Shown piece after piece: positions 36,301 to 44,299 of a DNA stretch of 52,579 nt (within the stretch, counting starts at the first letter, position 1; every line of letters starts with the position of its first letter). The notes under the pieces are model-generated. The model was not told where the DNA came from, did not search any database, and worked only from the letters and a program-made list of their open reading frames with translations. Location: the IMG/VR virus record IMGVR_UViG_3300030329_003894, positions 1-52,579 of that record; one strand, written 5' to 3'. The position numbers were made by a program, and so were the translations under genes. Origin of the DNA: a virus (Duplodnaviria > Caudoviricetes).

Positions 36301-38054
36301 TCCTCACTATCTGCGTGAATCCGAATAATCTGTCCTATTTGGACATTATTTGTACTAATAAATGTATGCAAGGCTGCATCTGAAGTTGTACCAACTGTTT
36401 CAAAATCATAATCTAAATTACTTGTTTTATTATCATCAGCCCAACTCTCGTCAGAATAAGGGTCATGACCTAAATCTAATTGTGGGCCCCAGGATATTAC
36501 ATGATTAGCTTCATCAGTGGCAACTTCTCGACCATGTATTGGGAATATAACTGTTTCCCCAGCAACAATCGAATCTGTAGTTATACCGCTTTCCTCATAT
36601 GATGCTAAATTAAAATCTTCCAATTTCATTCCTTCAATAGAATTTATGAAGTCATTACTTTCTGTTTTTAAAGCTACTTTAGGTGGAGTGTCAGCATTTC
36701 CTCCTGTGCCTATATATATTTTATCAGAATCTACTTGTAAATCTAAATCAGTAAAAGTAATTGTTCCAGAATTTAATTGTGTTTTTGTTGGTTGCTGTGA
36801 AAATATATTAGAATAAAGAAAAGCACTTGCACCATTTCCACTTTCCGCAATAGATACTATATCTGTTTTACTTCTATCAAATTTATCTGGCATGCTTTTA
36901 AAACTTACACCATTAAAAGTTATTGGAGCAAAAGAAGTAGTTGTAATTTTTGCTTCCCAATTATCTAACCAATCCGCTGAAGTACTAAAATGACTTACCC
37001 TAGCAGTATTATATGCATCTGTATTTTTAGGTATAATAGTTATTGTTTGATTATCAAGAGTAACAGATTCAACCTTATCTGATGCATTTAAGGTAGCTAT
37101 AATATTAACTAAAAAAGCTTTTACATAATTAATTGTAGCCCCTGCAATTGTTTTAGTTCTATTCCAGTTAAGGTCTACATCATAATTAACAACATTTACA
37201 TTCCAATTATTACCAAAGAAAGTATTTCCTGTTAAAGAATCTGGAGGCATGACATTTCCTTGCCAACCTGAAAGCTCAGCAGTCAAGGGGACGGGATAAG
37301 GCGCAGATGCATCAGTATCTGTTATTTTAAATAACCATTCTTCCCCATCTAAATGTATTTGTACCATATTTAAAAGCGGATGTAAAAAAGTTGGCCTTGG
37401 TTCACTTGGGTTTTGACCTCCCCCATCCTCAGGGAAAAATCCAACTCCATACATAGGCCTAGAACTAAAAGCAGAACCATTAACATCAGCTCCAGTTAAT
37501 CTTTTTGGCAAAAACGCACCCAAATCATGCCATTTCATCATTGCTGGATTAGCGCTGTTTCGTATTATAGGTATATATTGTAATGTTCCATTATCATCAA
37601 AAAAGAAAAAAGGTCTTGGTTGGTCATAAGCTGGATATTCATCTCCAGACAAAGGCTCCATTGAATATCTCTCCATATTATCAATAGATGTAACACTTGA
37701 CTGTTCATCTGCTGCATACATTTCTAATAGTCTATGAGTCTTCTGAATATTAAAATCATCTATATCTGTAGTTGCTTGCGTCTCACCTCCACCATAAACA
37801 CCTATAATATTCTCAAAATCAATAATAATACTTGCTGGATTATCAGCTTGAGATTCAGATTGCAACTCTTCTATTGTTTTAAATCCATTTTCAGATAAAA
37901 TCGTATCTTGTTTAATACCTTCTAATCTACCTAAAATATTATTAGAGTTAATATTTAATGAATAAGAGGCAGATTCATCATGAATATCTGTAGGGGAGGC
38001 ATTAGAAGTAATGCCTTTCATAAAGTTTTTCAGTTCTTTTAATTGCTTAGGCAT
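30306..38054 (-). CDS. Giant tail nozzle/stabilisation-like protein (2582 aa)
   Basis: N-terminal KNFMKGI...SPTDI and C-terminal propeller-like repeats, as in podoviral tail tubular proteins; very large acidic insert. Confidence 0.6.
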   Translation of the reverse strand: MPKQLKELKNFMKGITSNASPTDIHDESASYSLNINSNNILGRLEGIKQDTILSENGFKTIEELQSESQADNPASIIIDFENIIGVYGGGETQATTDIDDFNIQKTHRLLEMYAADEQSSVTSIDNMERYSMEPLSGDEYPAYDQPRPFFFFDDNGTLQYIPIIRNSANPAMMKWHDLGAFLPKRLTGADVNGSAFSSRPMYGVGFFPEDGGGQNPSEPRPTFLHPLLNMVQIHLDGEEWLFKITDTDASAPYPVPLTAELSGWQGNVMPPDSLTGNTFFGNNWNVNVVNYDVDLNWNRTKTIAGATINYVKAFLVNIIATLNASDKVESVTLDNQTITIIPKNTDAYNTARVSHFSTSADWLDNWEAKITTTSFAPITFNGVSFKSMPDKFDRSKTDIVSIAESGNGASAFLYSNIFSQQPTKTQLNSGTITFTDLDLQVDSDKIYIGTGGNADTPPKVALKTESNDFINSIEGMKLEDFNLASYEESGITTDSIVAGETVIFPIHGREVATDEANHVISWGPQLDLGHDPYSDESWADDNKTSNLDYDFETVGTTSDAALHTFISTNNVQIGQIIRIHADSEDSDDGAFQAWKRYDYDVTATVLQNDLFMYCGEAEHATPYPVLRYVGKQADGLGGEPSFSYTYQKYSTNIGKVSLTTTSDNEAFTGGSAGSIQPSDGTSDVVAISNVGNRVAYIDILDLIASEYNTYITSLSPCQSPLLYNTFGLPGGESGTESVSSQITPFNYQTSDIFRVNGNLKWVSRHGVFYLGLKGQVNKIYRLNLIDFHDITDNGVGHDELNFNFSNIPNRLRNNHTEQDWGDSPDGHGIININIADQEYGPNRSEESDAEMHPELGTMYLAEDGDSPENFMWSNIPVDAQIVGICETFECGRITKVNTSPDIQGDFVGEAVEFTALPCDTSIESEWSGRRYPDSYGAGENHGDSTNEADTTSPKWVTRLTTGDKVMFVGLDAGSADNPTLNETHTKFNVHSPHEVNMVDVNKFIVQTTSEGGIPKNGTYHEENAEVVDSNNKSFWWNSKIWILYAKETEGQGFNKWDLFLYNANTLDIDNQKQLNMADRTLPYSEVGYYNHPTAGDMYYPRQFAFMMNHTFSNAHSSVNPSSLVDYDSIYGSHLKRSNFMPNGYSISSSVESGISGKPYAASWGIYDKGGRWTTDGGMQWLSDNYQSAGQFYSVSYPGRSTDRYGNDDTDERHFLQHGAMANGKLFWGHNLGWDCRTGRKIEPLSNSLHPLSHYSRSFLAGRIYHGSSYDDKETFNLPRHAVSFLGNLTGDFVGKPPTLERDENDLSVLRTFLPTNQDSQSNVPESTTEGDISNYTDFNENVNYTVGSTGWIDELGDTVHYNTVYSNDLTLFQLDEWTGHPGIVYRNTYEGDTPSQTDFGVVRGRPNFGGPEIENPKYKPWVMVSGNGEMEDEEEYKYNTIPGADSTRHVLTNQSNNRGFYNGNQDLNKGWGGYKPPSLFEPGQGYYVFINRTWKTASNRTLLNNKYSQNMWAGNQEFNWSEYVPGEWVNDTWVDPYYNYHEIQVSPTTWEPNVWKFQWYDWPDDSLFKDRMEESGLNTNLGYGDRLDKSANRWNNFSCTAVADATFPIYAFSASTRGGFDTSPAGFHNKNAYNKQTFKQADFVQQGDAHQNQVWACNKYVARSFAYEQDDDNIYTDIPKKITENNNVQYGLSVKHDSELNAHKREHMDSVFKWGRGQVMGPVCTMHKIDVEGFDKINNIFPTILRSAASTVARNHIEYNNNVNGTFDEAQSNIATYNQYTPVYLCGVKKENDTSAILVINQDMTTFMAKDSKRSSYSALFWDYNNQFKKASLYTTLKRANCNGVNWEFDSNARYTCYHNRDTSLLETIQITDSISKIKDGSSQNSNLLRFRGAAFKEYNSDIFSDNLTIWDSSNMTPVTQTTVTTNGSVSSTATDNVNIWFSTLNFNRSKNLFGYNQNIFDLEKGGQNIYIAGAQITDDNGDIVVAGAAETGGYFKDIFLHSENDGAIISTSLTSIEFTQGNPTEGGPIEVGLYKYKFTFEYDGEFESELQQFGPYTEEVDDVLDFLELTIKLTPSYLQTINKRITGIGVYRTIGEDSAYGLVDIIKLKADQWTYDVHQDVFYHTIKDTGTSISYEDWNGISQDLEHTSSMHYGLSAIYKGYMFISNAWHPELNDTQRYVFRSSPGNFFRYDWTSDFCIMPEVPIAMTSFNSRLYIWGQNKLYKLDPITLLIEDEYEGISITGKNAFVKTEFGLCFLDKNNVYLHDGNKPNPIGNPILNSAAFPKDTSGNKIQAGYKELIKQTLINGDLPTVFFLNSKNSFAITLSNSEGKGRLFLYNILNQRWDLSESPRPRYVNSSSDGTVLLSDGNLLYNITSAEDEEFTNFARREWTWHSGDLTFGADTQDKVFKSMNLTGTPSYFNIDDGSQFSSTASVSNSVRMYINDSQVPLNIENKHYASTILGGTYLSQNLPADTDEFEIKSENPVNTKQEFIRPGHYIKINDEIMWVSAINTFEDVTKITVLRAQLSTTNVIHSVNAPISLIAPRLKITSNKKGKKLKIILEKQRGYIDSIGVVFKPKSIK

Positions 38055-38178
38055 TTTCTAATTTTTTAATCCTATCTTCTAATTCTTTTAATTTGGCTTT
38101 AATATCTATTTCTCCACCTTTAAGTTTTTTTCCTAAAGCTTTAATTACAGCATCTACTATTAATTTTTGACCAATCAT
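38047..38178 (-). CDS. Small coiled-coil protein (43 aa)
   Basis: MIGQKLIVDAVIKALGKKLKGGEIDIKAKLKELEDRIKKLENA*; coupled to both neighbours. Confidence 0.6.
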   Translation of the reverse strand: MIGQKLIVDAVIKALGKKLKGGEIDIKAKLKELEDRIKKLENA

Positions 38179-38474
38179 TACCAATCCTCATTTTTCTTTT
38201 TTAAAAACTTTTCCTTTAAACCATTACCGCTCATAGCAGCTAAAATCTCCACTATCGCACGATAACTAGCTTTAATCTCTTTTTGCTCTAACTGAGTAAG
38301 TTTAGCTTGGTCTATTAATTTAATAATAATACCTTCTAATCTTTTGAAAGACTCTTCAAGCTCTTCCATTAAAGTATTCTGTATAAAGCTATTTTGCTTC
38401 CATATAAAGTATCCAAAAGCTACAGCTACTGCAATTGGTATTCCATATTGGTCTAATATTCCTAAAAATTCCAC
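38178..38474 (-). CDS. Holin-like membrane protein
   Basis: N-terminal TM (YGIPIAVAVAFGYFIW) plus coiled coil. Confidence 0.5.
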   Translation of the reverse strand: MEFLGILDQYGIPIAVAVAFGYFIWKQNSFIQNTLMEELEESFKRLEGIIIKLIDQAKLTQLEQKEIKASYRAIVEILAAMSGNGLKEKFLKKKNEDW

Positions 38475-39259
38475 TATTTCTTTTTGCCTTTAATTAGTTC
38501 ACCCCATAAAGAAGCCATACCATTTACTATTTGCACAATATGAACAGTAAAATGTCCTCGTGCATAAAAATCTACTACTCCAAATGCATGTGCCCACTTA
38601 TGCTGTCTGCCACCTAACCATTGATTCTTGTCACCTGACATATCTTTTAGGCAACCTAATGACCAAGCTGACTTAGGTCCATCCATATGGGTTACAGAAT
38701 CTTGCTGTAAACTATGATGATGACCATACATTATATTGCATCCAAGCTTTCTTAAGTGGTTAGATGTGTGATACTGACCACCAAAATGATGACCATGGTA
38801 AAAGAATATCTTGCCTATTTTAAGGTACTCTCCTGCCTTATGGTATATATACCCCCTATCATCAGACTTTATTGCCTGTTTGAACCCATATTGGGACAAA
38901 TAAGGGTATTCTTGCACAAAATAGTCTAACCATTCATCGTGATTACCCGCGCAAATGTGTCGTTTCTTACACCCTGCTTTATCTAAAGAGCTATCCATCT
39001 TATCTAAAAATAGATTGACAGATTCTATTTCTTTTTCTACTTTTGGGATTATGTATTCAACAGGTGGCTTCTTCTTTCTTTTCCACTGCCAATGTGATAC
39101 ACTACCCCATTCACCTAAATCTCCAAGGTCTATATAAATGTCAGGCTTTATAATCTCTATTGCCTGACGAACCACACTAGTGGCTAGAACATCATGAAGA
39201 GGAACATGCTTGTCTGGTGTGACAATCGCACGTTTTACAACGCCTCTATCTTTACTCAT
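38474..39259 (-). CDS. Calcineurin-like metallophosphoesterase
   Basis: PDKH, LGDLGE, GNHDE, YHGH and GHHH motifs. Confidence 0.88.
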   Translation of the reverse strand: MSKDRGVVKRAIVTPDKHVPLHDVLATSVVRQAIEIIKPDIYIDLGDLGEWGSVSHWQWKRKKKPPVEYIIPKVEKEIESVNLFLDKMDSSLDKAGCKKRHICAGNHDEWLDYFVQEYPYLSQYGFKQAIKSDDRGYIYHKAGEYLKIGKIFFYHGHHFGGQYHTSNHLRKLGCNIMYGHHHSLQQDSVTHMDGPKSAWSLGCLKDMSGDKNQWLGGRQHKWAHAFGVVDFYARGHFTVHIVQIVNGMASLWGELIKGKKK

Positions 39260-39267
39260 TCAGTCTC

Positions 39268-39585
39268 CTACGAGAAGTCTGAGCGAGACCTCCATCCCCA
39301 ATCATTGGGATTAGTGTAAGTATCTTTTACATTATCGAGCATCTGCTCAGTCTCTTTCTTATTAAAGCGTCTTTGTAAAAAACCACAATGCATACAGCCC
39401 CATAAAATGGGGCCGTCGTATGCGCCTAAAACCTCAATACCTCTGACTTTCCTATCATGGCAATCAGGGCATTCTTTAGGTTTAGTTTTTCGAGCTCTTT
39501 TTTTACTAACGCCTATATCATACAGAACATCACCAGTTCTTGCTTCTAGCATATCTTCAAAAACGATGAGCCTGTTTTTACTCAT
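39268..39585 (-). CDS. Zinc-ribbon protein
   Basis: CPDC...CMHC. Confidence 0.7.
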   Translation of the reverse strand: MSKNRLIVFEDMLEARTGDVLYDIGVSKKRARKTKPKECPDCHDRKVRGIEVLGAYDGPILWGCMHCGFLQRRFNKKETEQMLDNVKDTYTNPNDWGWRSRSDFS

Positions 39586-39869
39586 TATTTATCAGAACGC
39601 AATCCGCTAATAAATCCCTTTACGGCACTACCAACGATATTGTCTATAAGGTCTACTAGCCAAGGTTCTATAGTAGAGTTCCATACTTTTTTAGTAAGAC
39701 TCCATTTCGCTAATCCTAGAGTCATAGTGCGACCCATTAAACGAAAGAAAGATTCTACCTTAGAAGCAATCATATCATTAGGGACTTTTTTAAGAACCCA
39801 TAATACTACCCCTGCTACACCTCCGCCAGCAAGTAATCCTACATTGCCTGTTAAAAATGATAAATCCAT
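39585..39869 (-). CDS. Membrane protein, holin-like
   Basis: N-terminal TM plus amphipathic helices; AGGAG RBS. Confidence 0.5.
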   Translation of the reverse strand: MDLSFLTGNVGLLAGGGVAGVVLWVLKKVPNDMIASKVESFFRLMGRTMTLGLAKWSLTKKVWNSTIEPWLVDLIDNIVGSAVKGFISGLRSDK

Positions 39870-39892
39870 AGTTTCTCCTAATTAGTTACTAT

Positions 39893-39921
39893 AATTTACT
39901 AAGCTGTACCCCATATTTCAA
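39893..39921 (-). promoter_or_regulatory. Putative sigma70-like promoter
   Basis: TTGAAA-N17-TAAATT upstream of the holin-like/phosphoesterase cluster. Confidence 0.55.
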
Positions 39922-41317
39922 TAAGAAATTTTCCACCTGTATATGTCGTATCAGTTGCAGCTTCTCCTGTAAGAAGATATAAATAATTATTATCAGTAAT
40001 AACCTGAGTAGCTGTTCCAAATGCTTTCACATCATTAGCTGCCCATGCACCTGCACGTTCTACTAAAGTTGTACCACTAGTTAAAGAGGCTGCTTCTACA
40101 TCATCTGCATCAGCTGAAAATGCTAAATCAATATCATCTATTGAAGCGTGACCTGCAGGAGCCTCTAAGCAGCTCATTCTCCCTGATACAACCGTCCCAT
40201 TAACTCCAGATGTTATTCGAGTTAAATAACACGGATTACTTGTTCCATCTACTCCAATGATTTTAGCAGTACCATTTGCCTGAAGACCTGTTAAGTCTAG
40301 ATATATAGTAGTTTTAATCATAGTTCCAAATCTCTCAGTATAAACTCTGCATACAGTTCCAGAACCACCTGTAATACCTGTTCCTGGTGTATTTCCTACA
40401 TTACCAGTAAATAAAGCTGTTCCACTTATAGTTGTTGTTCCTGCTAATGTTAATGTTTTACCTGAATTAAAAGTTGTTCCGCCAGAAGCAAAACTAATAT
40501 ACGATGTTGAACCATCATTAATATCCATACCATTTGTACTAGTAAATCGGATATCTTTATTATCTGCTATTGTTAAATTCTCAGTTACTGATAAAGCACC
40601 TGCTAAAGTAACATTTGCCCCTGATGTAGTAATAGCTGTAGTGCCATCGCTAGCTTTAATATCATTACCACCTAAGGTTAAATCGCCATCAATTTGTAAA
40701 TTGCCAGATTCATCTAATGTTGCTATTTCTACATCTGTATGAGTTCCATTATAAAAATAGAATTTCTGACCAGTTTCATCAAAATCTTTATCAAGATAAA
40801 AAGACATATTTCCATCTGACTTAATATTTAAATCACCATCTGTAGTTCCTATTATATCTCCACCTGCAACTGTTAAATCACCAGCTAAGGTAGCATTAGC
40901 TCCAGACAATGTAAAAGCTGTTGTTCCGCCAAATGATTTTATATCATTCCCCGCAACAGTTAAATCACCACCAATAGTAACATTGTCATCGGTATCCATT
41001 GTAATAGTACTCCCACCATCTGATGCTTGTATGATATTGCCAGTAACTTTTAAATAATTCCCTATAGTAACATTATCACTTGTATCTAATGAAATAGCTA
41101 TACCACCGTCAGATGCATATATTCTATTATTACTAAGTTTAATACCTGATGTTGCTGTTATCAATCCTGAAAAGGTTAAAGCTGATGTTAAAGTCGTCAT
41201 CTTAACATCGCTAGACCCATCTGTATAATATATATCTCCAACGCCTGAACTCGTCTTATCTGTAAAAATTAAGCTTTCATAGGTCGAAGATATAGCACTT
41301 CCTGTTAAAGTTCCCAT
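39899..41317 (-). CDS. Tail fibre-like protein with ~30-aa internal repeats
   Basis: Four I-x-A-S-D-G-G/T...N-V-T-I/L-x-G-D-L-T-V-like repeats. Confidence 0.7.
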   Translation of the reverse strand: MGTLTGSAISSTYESLIFTDKTSSGVGDIYYTDGSSDVKMTTLTSALTFSGLITATSGIKLSNNRIYASDGGIAISLDTSDNVTIGNYLKVTGNIIQASDGGSTITMDTDDNVTIGGDLTVAGNDIKSFGGTTAFTLSGANATLAGDLTVAGGDIIGTTDGDLNIKSDGNMSFYLDKDFDETGQKFYFYNGTHTDVEIATLDESGNLQIDGDLTLGGNDIKASDGTTAITTSGANVTLAGALSVTENLTIADNKDIRFTSTNGMDINDGSTSYISFASGGTTFNSGKTLTLAGTTTISGTALFTGNVGNTPGTGITGGSGTVCRVYTERFGTMIKTTIYLDLTGLQANGTAKIIGVDGTSNPCYLTRITSGVNGTVVSGRMSCLEAPAGHASIDDIDLAFSADADDVEAASLTSGTTLVERAGAWAANDVKAFGTATQVITDNNYLYLLTGEAATDTTYTGGKFLIEIWGTA

Positions 41318-41327
41318 CTATATTCTC

Positions 41328-41519
41328 CTATTGTTTAGCCCATATTGTTCTTTTAGAAACATAAAAGGCGTTAGTTGTTAAATCTTCCCAATTAGTTGTT
41401 ACTTCTTGTACTCTAAAATTACCTGGATAACTCTTAAAATTAGCTGTAGTTGGCTTTATGGAACGACCTAATTTTATTGTAGTTCCACTACCCATTTTCC
41501 TTGAATCAAGTGATGGCAT
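41328..41519 (-). CDS. Small putative structural protein
   Basis: AGGAG RBS; within the virion module. Confidence 0.6.
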   Translation of the reverse strand: MPSLDSRKMGSGTTIKLGRSIKPTTANFKSYPGNFRVQEVTTNWEDLTTNAFYVSKRTIWAKQ

Positions 41520-41521
41520 AA

Positions 41522-41947
41522 TTAATACTCCTGTGGGACTATTTGTCCAGTTGTTTGATAATTACTTCTTGCAAATTTCTTAGCTCGTTTACATAATTTT
41601 TCATATTCATTATCAAAATATTGAGCTAATTCTATTTTCATATTTCTAGGGTCTTGATATCCTATAGCTATAGCTTTATATGCTAAAGCTTCATGAAATT
41701 GAATTGGTATCTCATCTAATGGCCCATGGAAATTATCAGTATAAGCATTTTCATAATTCCTATCATTTCCAACTGGAAATTTAGTAGGCAATGACAGTCC
41801 CTTAATTAAAAGTGATTTAGCTTCACTGATAGATACTATATTAGTGCTTACTCCATCTACTGTAGTTGTAGTTGTGCTATCTTCTATAAGACCGATACGA
41901 CCTCTTTCGGTAAACCATAATCTTTTAGGGTCAGTGTAATGAGGCAT
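41522..41947 (-). CDS. Head-tail adaptor-like protein
   Basis: EIPIQFHEALAYKAIA..Y motif typical of podoviral adaptor C-termini. Confidence 0.55.
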   Translation of the reverse strand: MPHYTDPKRLWFTERGRIGLIEDSTTTTTVDGVSTNIVSISEAKSLLIKGLSLPTKFPVGNDRNYENAYTDNFHGPLDEIPIQFHEALAYKAIAIGYQDPRNMKIELAQYFDNEYEKLCKRAKKFARSNYQTTGQIVPQEY

Positions 41948-42255
41948 TAAATTTCGTCCTCCTCTGATTCGTAATCATTAATAATAGGTTTAGTTATAGA
42001 CCTAGGTATTCTAACTCCATTTAAAAATACTTCATTTATTTTAAATAACCCTTCGGGTAATTTATAAAATCTTTGGTCTGCAGTAGTATTTAGGGTATCG
42101 CCAGTTAAAGTATCAACCATTTCAAATTGAGTACTAATTAATTCACTTTTCATACATAAATCATCAGCAGCTCTGTTTAATAAATGCCTTATCTCATTCT
42201 CTGCCATATGAGGATGGTGTTGTTTTACTAATTCAATTAATTGTGTTAAATTCAT
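41947..42255 (-). CDS. Head-tail adaptor-like protein (N-terminal-type half)
   Basis: MNLTQLIELVK...LLNRA..DLC...YKLP pattern. Confidence 0.55.
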   Translation of the reverse strand: MNLTQLIELVKQHHPHMAENEIRHLLNRAADDLCMKSELISTQFEMVDTLTGDTLNTTADQRFYKLPEGLFKINEVFLNGVRIPRSITKPIINDYESEEDEI

Positions 42256-42258
42256 AAA

Positions 42259-43005
42259 TTAACCTTCTTCTACTCCAAGATTCCTCCATTTAATATTAAG
42301 CCTACTGGCCTCACTTTCAAACCATTGTTGTAATTGCTGCATTTGTGCTTGTTGCAATCCAAGTAATTCAGGGTCTTCATCGTCATGGACAGATATTCCC
42401 ATTTTTACTTGTAAAATATTCATAGCACTTTTAATAGTTGCTAATAATTGAGCTTCCTTAGGGAAGCCAAATAAATCATTGTTTATATGATATGAGAAAT
42501 ATTCAGTATTATTTGTTTCGGAACTAAATTTATCTTCATGTTCATAATTCCAATATTTTAACTTATGAAGTTCATTCCAAGCATTATCTGGGTCTGGATA
42601 TACCTTTAATAATCCATCCTTATCTATACTGTATACAGGGTCTTTAGAAGACGTTCTATTATAATATAAGCTATTTGAATCTGCCCCTGAAAGAAGTTCC
42701 TCTTGTGTGACTTCCCTGCATTTTCTATGTGAAGCTGTATTTGAATCATATCGCCAAACACTAATTATCTTTAATGAAATGCCGTAATCGTCAGATTCAT
42801 CTGATGATGACCCATGAATTATTTGTCCATCTGAGCCAAAAGTTTTCTCTCTAAGCTTAGGGCTTGCCCACAATATAGAATCTACAGGGATTAAGTCAGC
42901 GACAAAATTAAAACCAGCTTTAAATAACTCAGGATTCTCTGATGCGGTATAATCTCCTATCAGATTTGATATCATTTGAGCATGAGTTAATAAAGTCTGA
43001 ACCAT
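42259..43005 (-). CDS. Neck/tail ring protein
   Basis: DPVYSI...LKVYPDP motif; position after the capsid genes. Confidence 0.5.
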   Translation of the reverse strand: MVQTLLTHAQMISNLIGDYTASENPELFKAGFNFVADLIPVDSILWASPKLREKTFGSDGQIIHGSSSDESDDYGISLKIISVWRYDSNTASHRKCREVTQEELLSGADSNSLYYNRTSSKDPVYSIDKDGLLKVYPDPDNAWNELHKLKYWNYEHEDKFSSETNNTEYFSYHINNDLFGFPKEAQLLATIKSAMNILQVKMGISVHDDEDPELLGLQQAQMQQLQQWFESEASRLNIKWRNLGVEEG

Positions 43006-43185
43006 TTATTTTGCCTTCTTATCTTTCTTTTTTTCATCAACTATTTCAGGTTCGACTACTTCTTCCATACCTGTAAGTACTTCAATAGCACCAGATAGTT
43101 TTAGACTAATTTGAGTTAATCTGTCTAATTCTTGTGCTACTTTATTATACTCTTCCTTAAGTTGACTTAACTTATCTTCTATCAT
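43006..43185 (-). CDS. Small coiled-coil protein (59 aa)
   Basis: AGGAG RBS; MIEDKLSQLKEEYNKVAQEL...GAIEVL...; below the ORF-track cutoff. Confidence 0.7.
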   Translation of the reverse strand: MIEDKLSQLKEEYNKVAQELDRLTQISLKLSGAIEVLTGMEEVVEPEIVDEKKKDKKAK

Positions 43186-43207
43186 ACTATCTCCTGTTGG
43201 TTAAATC

Positions 43208-43762
43208 TTATAAATATTCTATACCAAATACAAATTCTAAATCATCAGCTGCGAATGTATCGCCTCCATCTCTATCTATTATAGTAAAATAAATACTCGT
43301 ACTATTATCTGCAGCTTGCAACATAATAGGTAATTGTCCTGTAACGGCGCCATCACTAGAAGCACCTGGGGCAGCAAATTGATTTACCTCATTCCCATTC
43401 AAAGTTATTGGGGCTTTATCCCACATTATTACACCTAATACTTTACTAGCAACTAAATTAGGGTCACTAATATTTAATCCACTTCCTAGCGAAGCAGAAT
43501 ATTGTGTCTCTACTTGCATAAGAATAATATCAATATTTAAATTTAGCGCTTGCTGACAAGTAAACATAAGACTTGTTAACTTAGAAGCTCCTCCAAGAGT
43601 AGCTACTGCATTAGGGATTTCTGTTGTTAAACATATAACATCATTATCAGCACTTGTAGCAGCATGAAGAGTTGGTGTTACTCTTATTACTTGACCACCA
43701 CTTCTGATAGGTCCAGTGTTAGGAGTAACACTATTTCCTGCGTGTGTTATTGTTAAGCTCAT
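43208..43762 (-). CDS. Beta-rich virion (decoration-like) protein
   Basis: Composition and position after the major capsid gene. Confidence 0.5.
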   Translation of the reverse strand: MSLTITHAGNSVTPNTGPIRSGGQVIRVTPTLHAATSADNDVICLTTEIPNAVATLGGASKLTSLMFTCQQALNLNIDIILMQVETQYSASLGSGLNISDPNLVASKVLGVIMWDKAPITLNGNEVNQFAAPGASSDGAVTGQLPIMLQAADNSTSIYFTIIDRDGGDTFAADDLEFVFGIEYL

Positions 43763-43783
43763 TTCTTTTCCTTTTTAAGTTAT

Positions 43784-43810
43784 GCTAGGGGGCCATAAAG
43801 ACCCCCTAAC
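43784..43810 (-). terminator. Hairpin downstream of the capsid genes
   Basis: TAGGGGG...CCCCCTA stem; lacks a U tract. Confidence 0.5.
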
Positions 43811-43820
43811 GATTACATCA

Positions 43821-44285
43821 TTATGATGGGTCTTTACCTATACCGCCAAATGAAACACCTTCTTCTTCAGTACTATAAGAAAGTTTACATTTTCCAGAAG
43901 TTCCTAGATTCACCGCAGTAACTCCAGTTCCTCCATTAAAATGTATTCTAAACGGGCCCATACCCTTTACGTCACTAAGGTCAGCAGAGAAAAACTTTTG
44001 ACCAGCTGTGTCATGAGGGTTTGTATCGGAAGATGCTGTCGCAACAACACCCCAAGTAGTTCCATCATCCATTGAAGCTTCCACACTTAAAACTCCAGCT
44101 ACATCAGCATATGCAACTGTAGTTTCAAAACCTACTAAGATTTTTTTACCATTTAAATCGTCATAGATTGCAGGAGAAGCTACTGAATCTCCAGTACTAC
44201 TATTTACTGCAGATTCCTCTGTTTCATAATTTTTATATCCACCAGAAACAGATTCAGTCCATGTTGATAAAGATTGTATTGCCAT
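43821..44285 (-). CDS. Capsid decoration-like protein
   Basis: Directly after the MCP; GGAGG RBS; beta-sandwich-like with VEASMDDGTTW motif. Confidence 0.55.
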   Translation of the reverse strand: MAIQSLSTWTESVSGGYKNYETEESAVNSSTGDSVASPAIYDDLNGKKILVGFETTVAYADVAGVLSVEASMDDGTTWGVVATASSDTNPHDTAGQKFFSADLSDVKGMGPFRIHFNGGTGVTAVNLGTSGKCKLSYSTEEEGVSFGGIGKDPS

Positions 44286-44299
44286 GCTTTACCTCCTAC

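Noticed and set aside
16483-38054. Stop-codon reassignment as seen in some crAss-like phages
   Set aside because: Very long ORFs are intact and densely packed under the standard bacterial code
43777-43810. Similarity of CTAGCATAAC to the T7 Tphi terminator flank
   Set aside because: Only a 10-nt match, on the wrong side of the hairpin, and no T7-type RNAP is present
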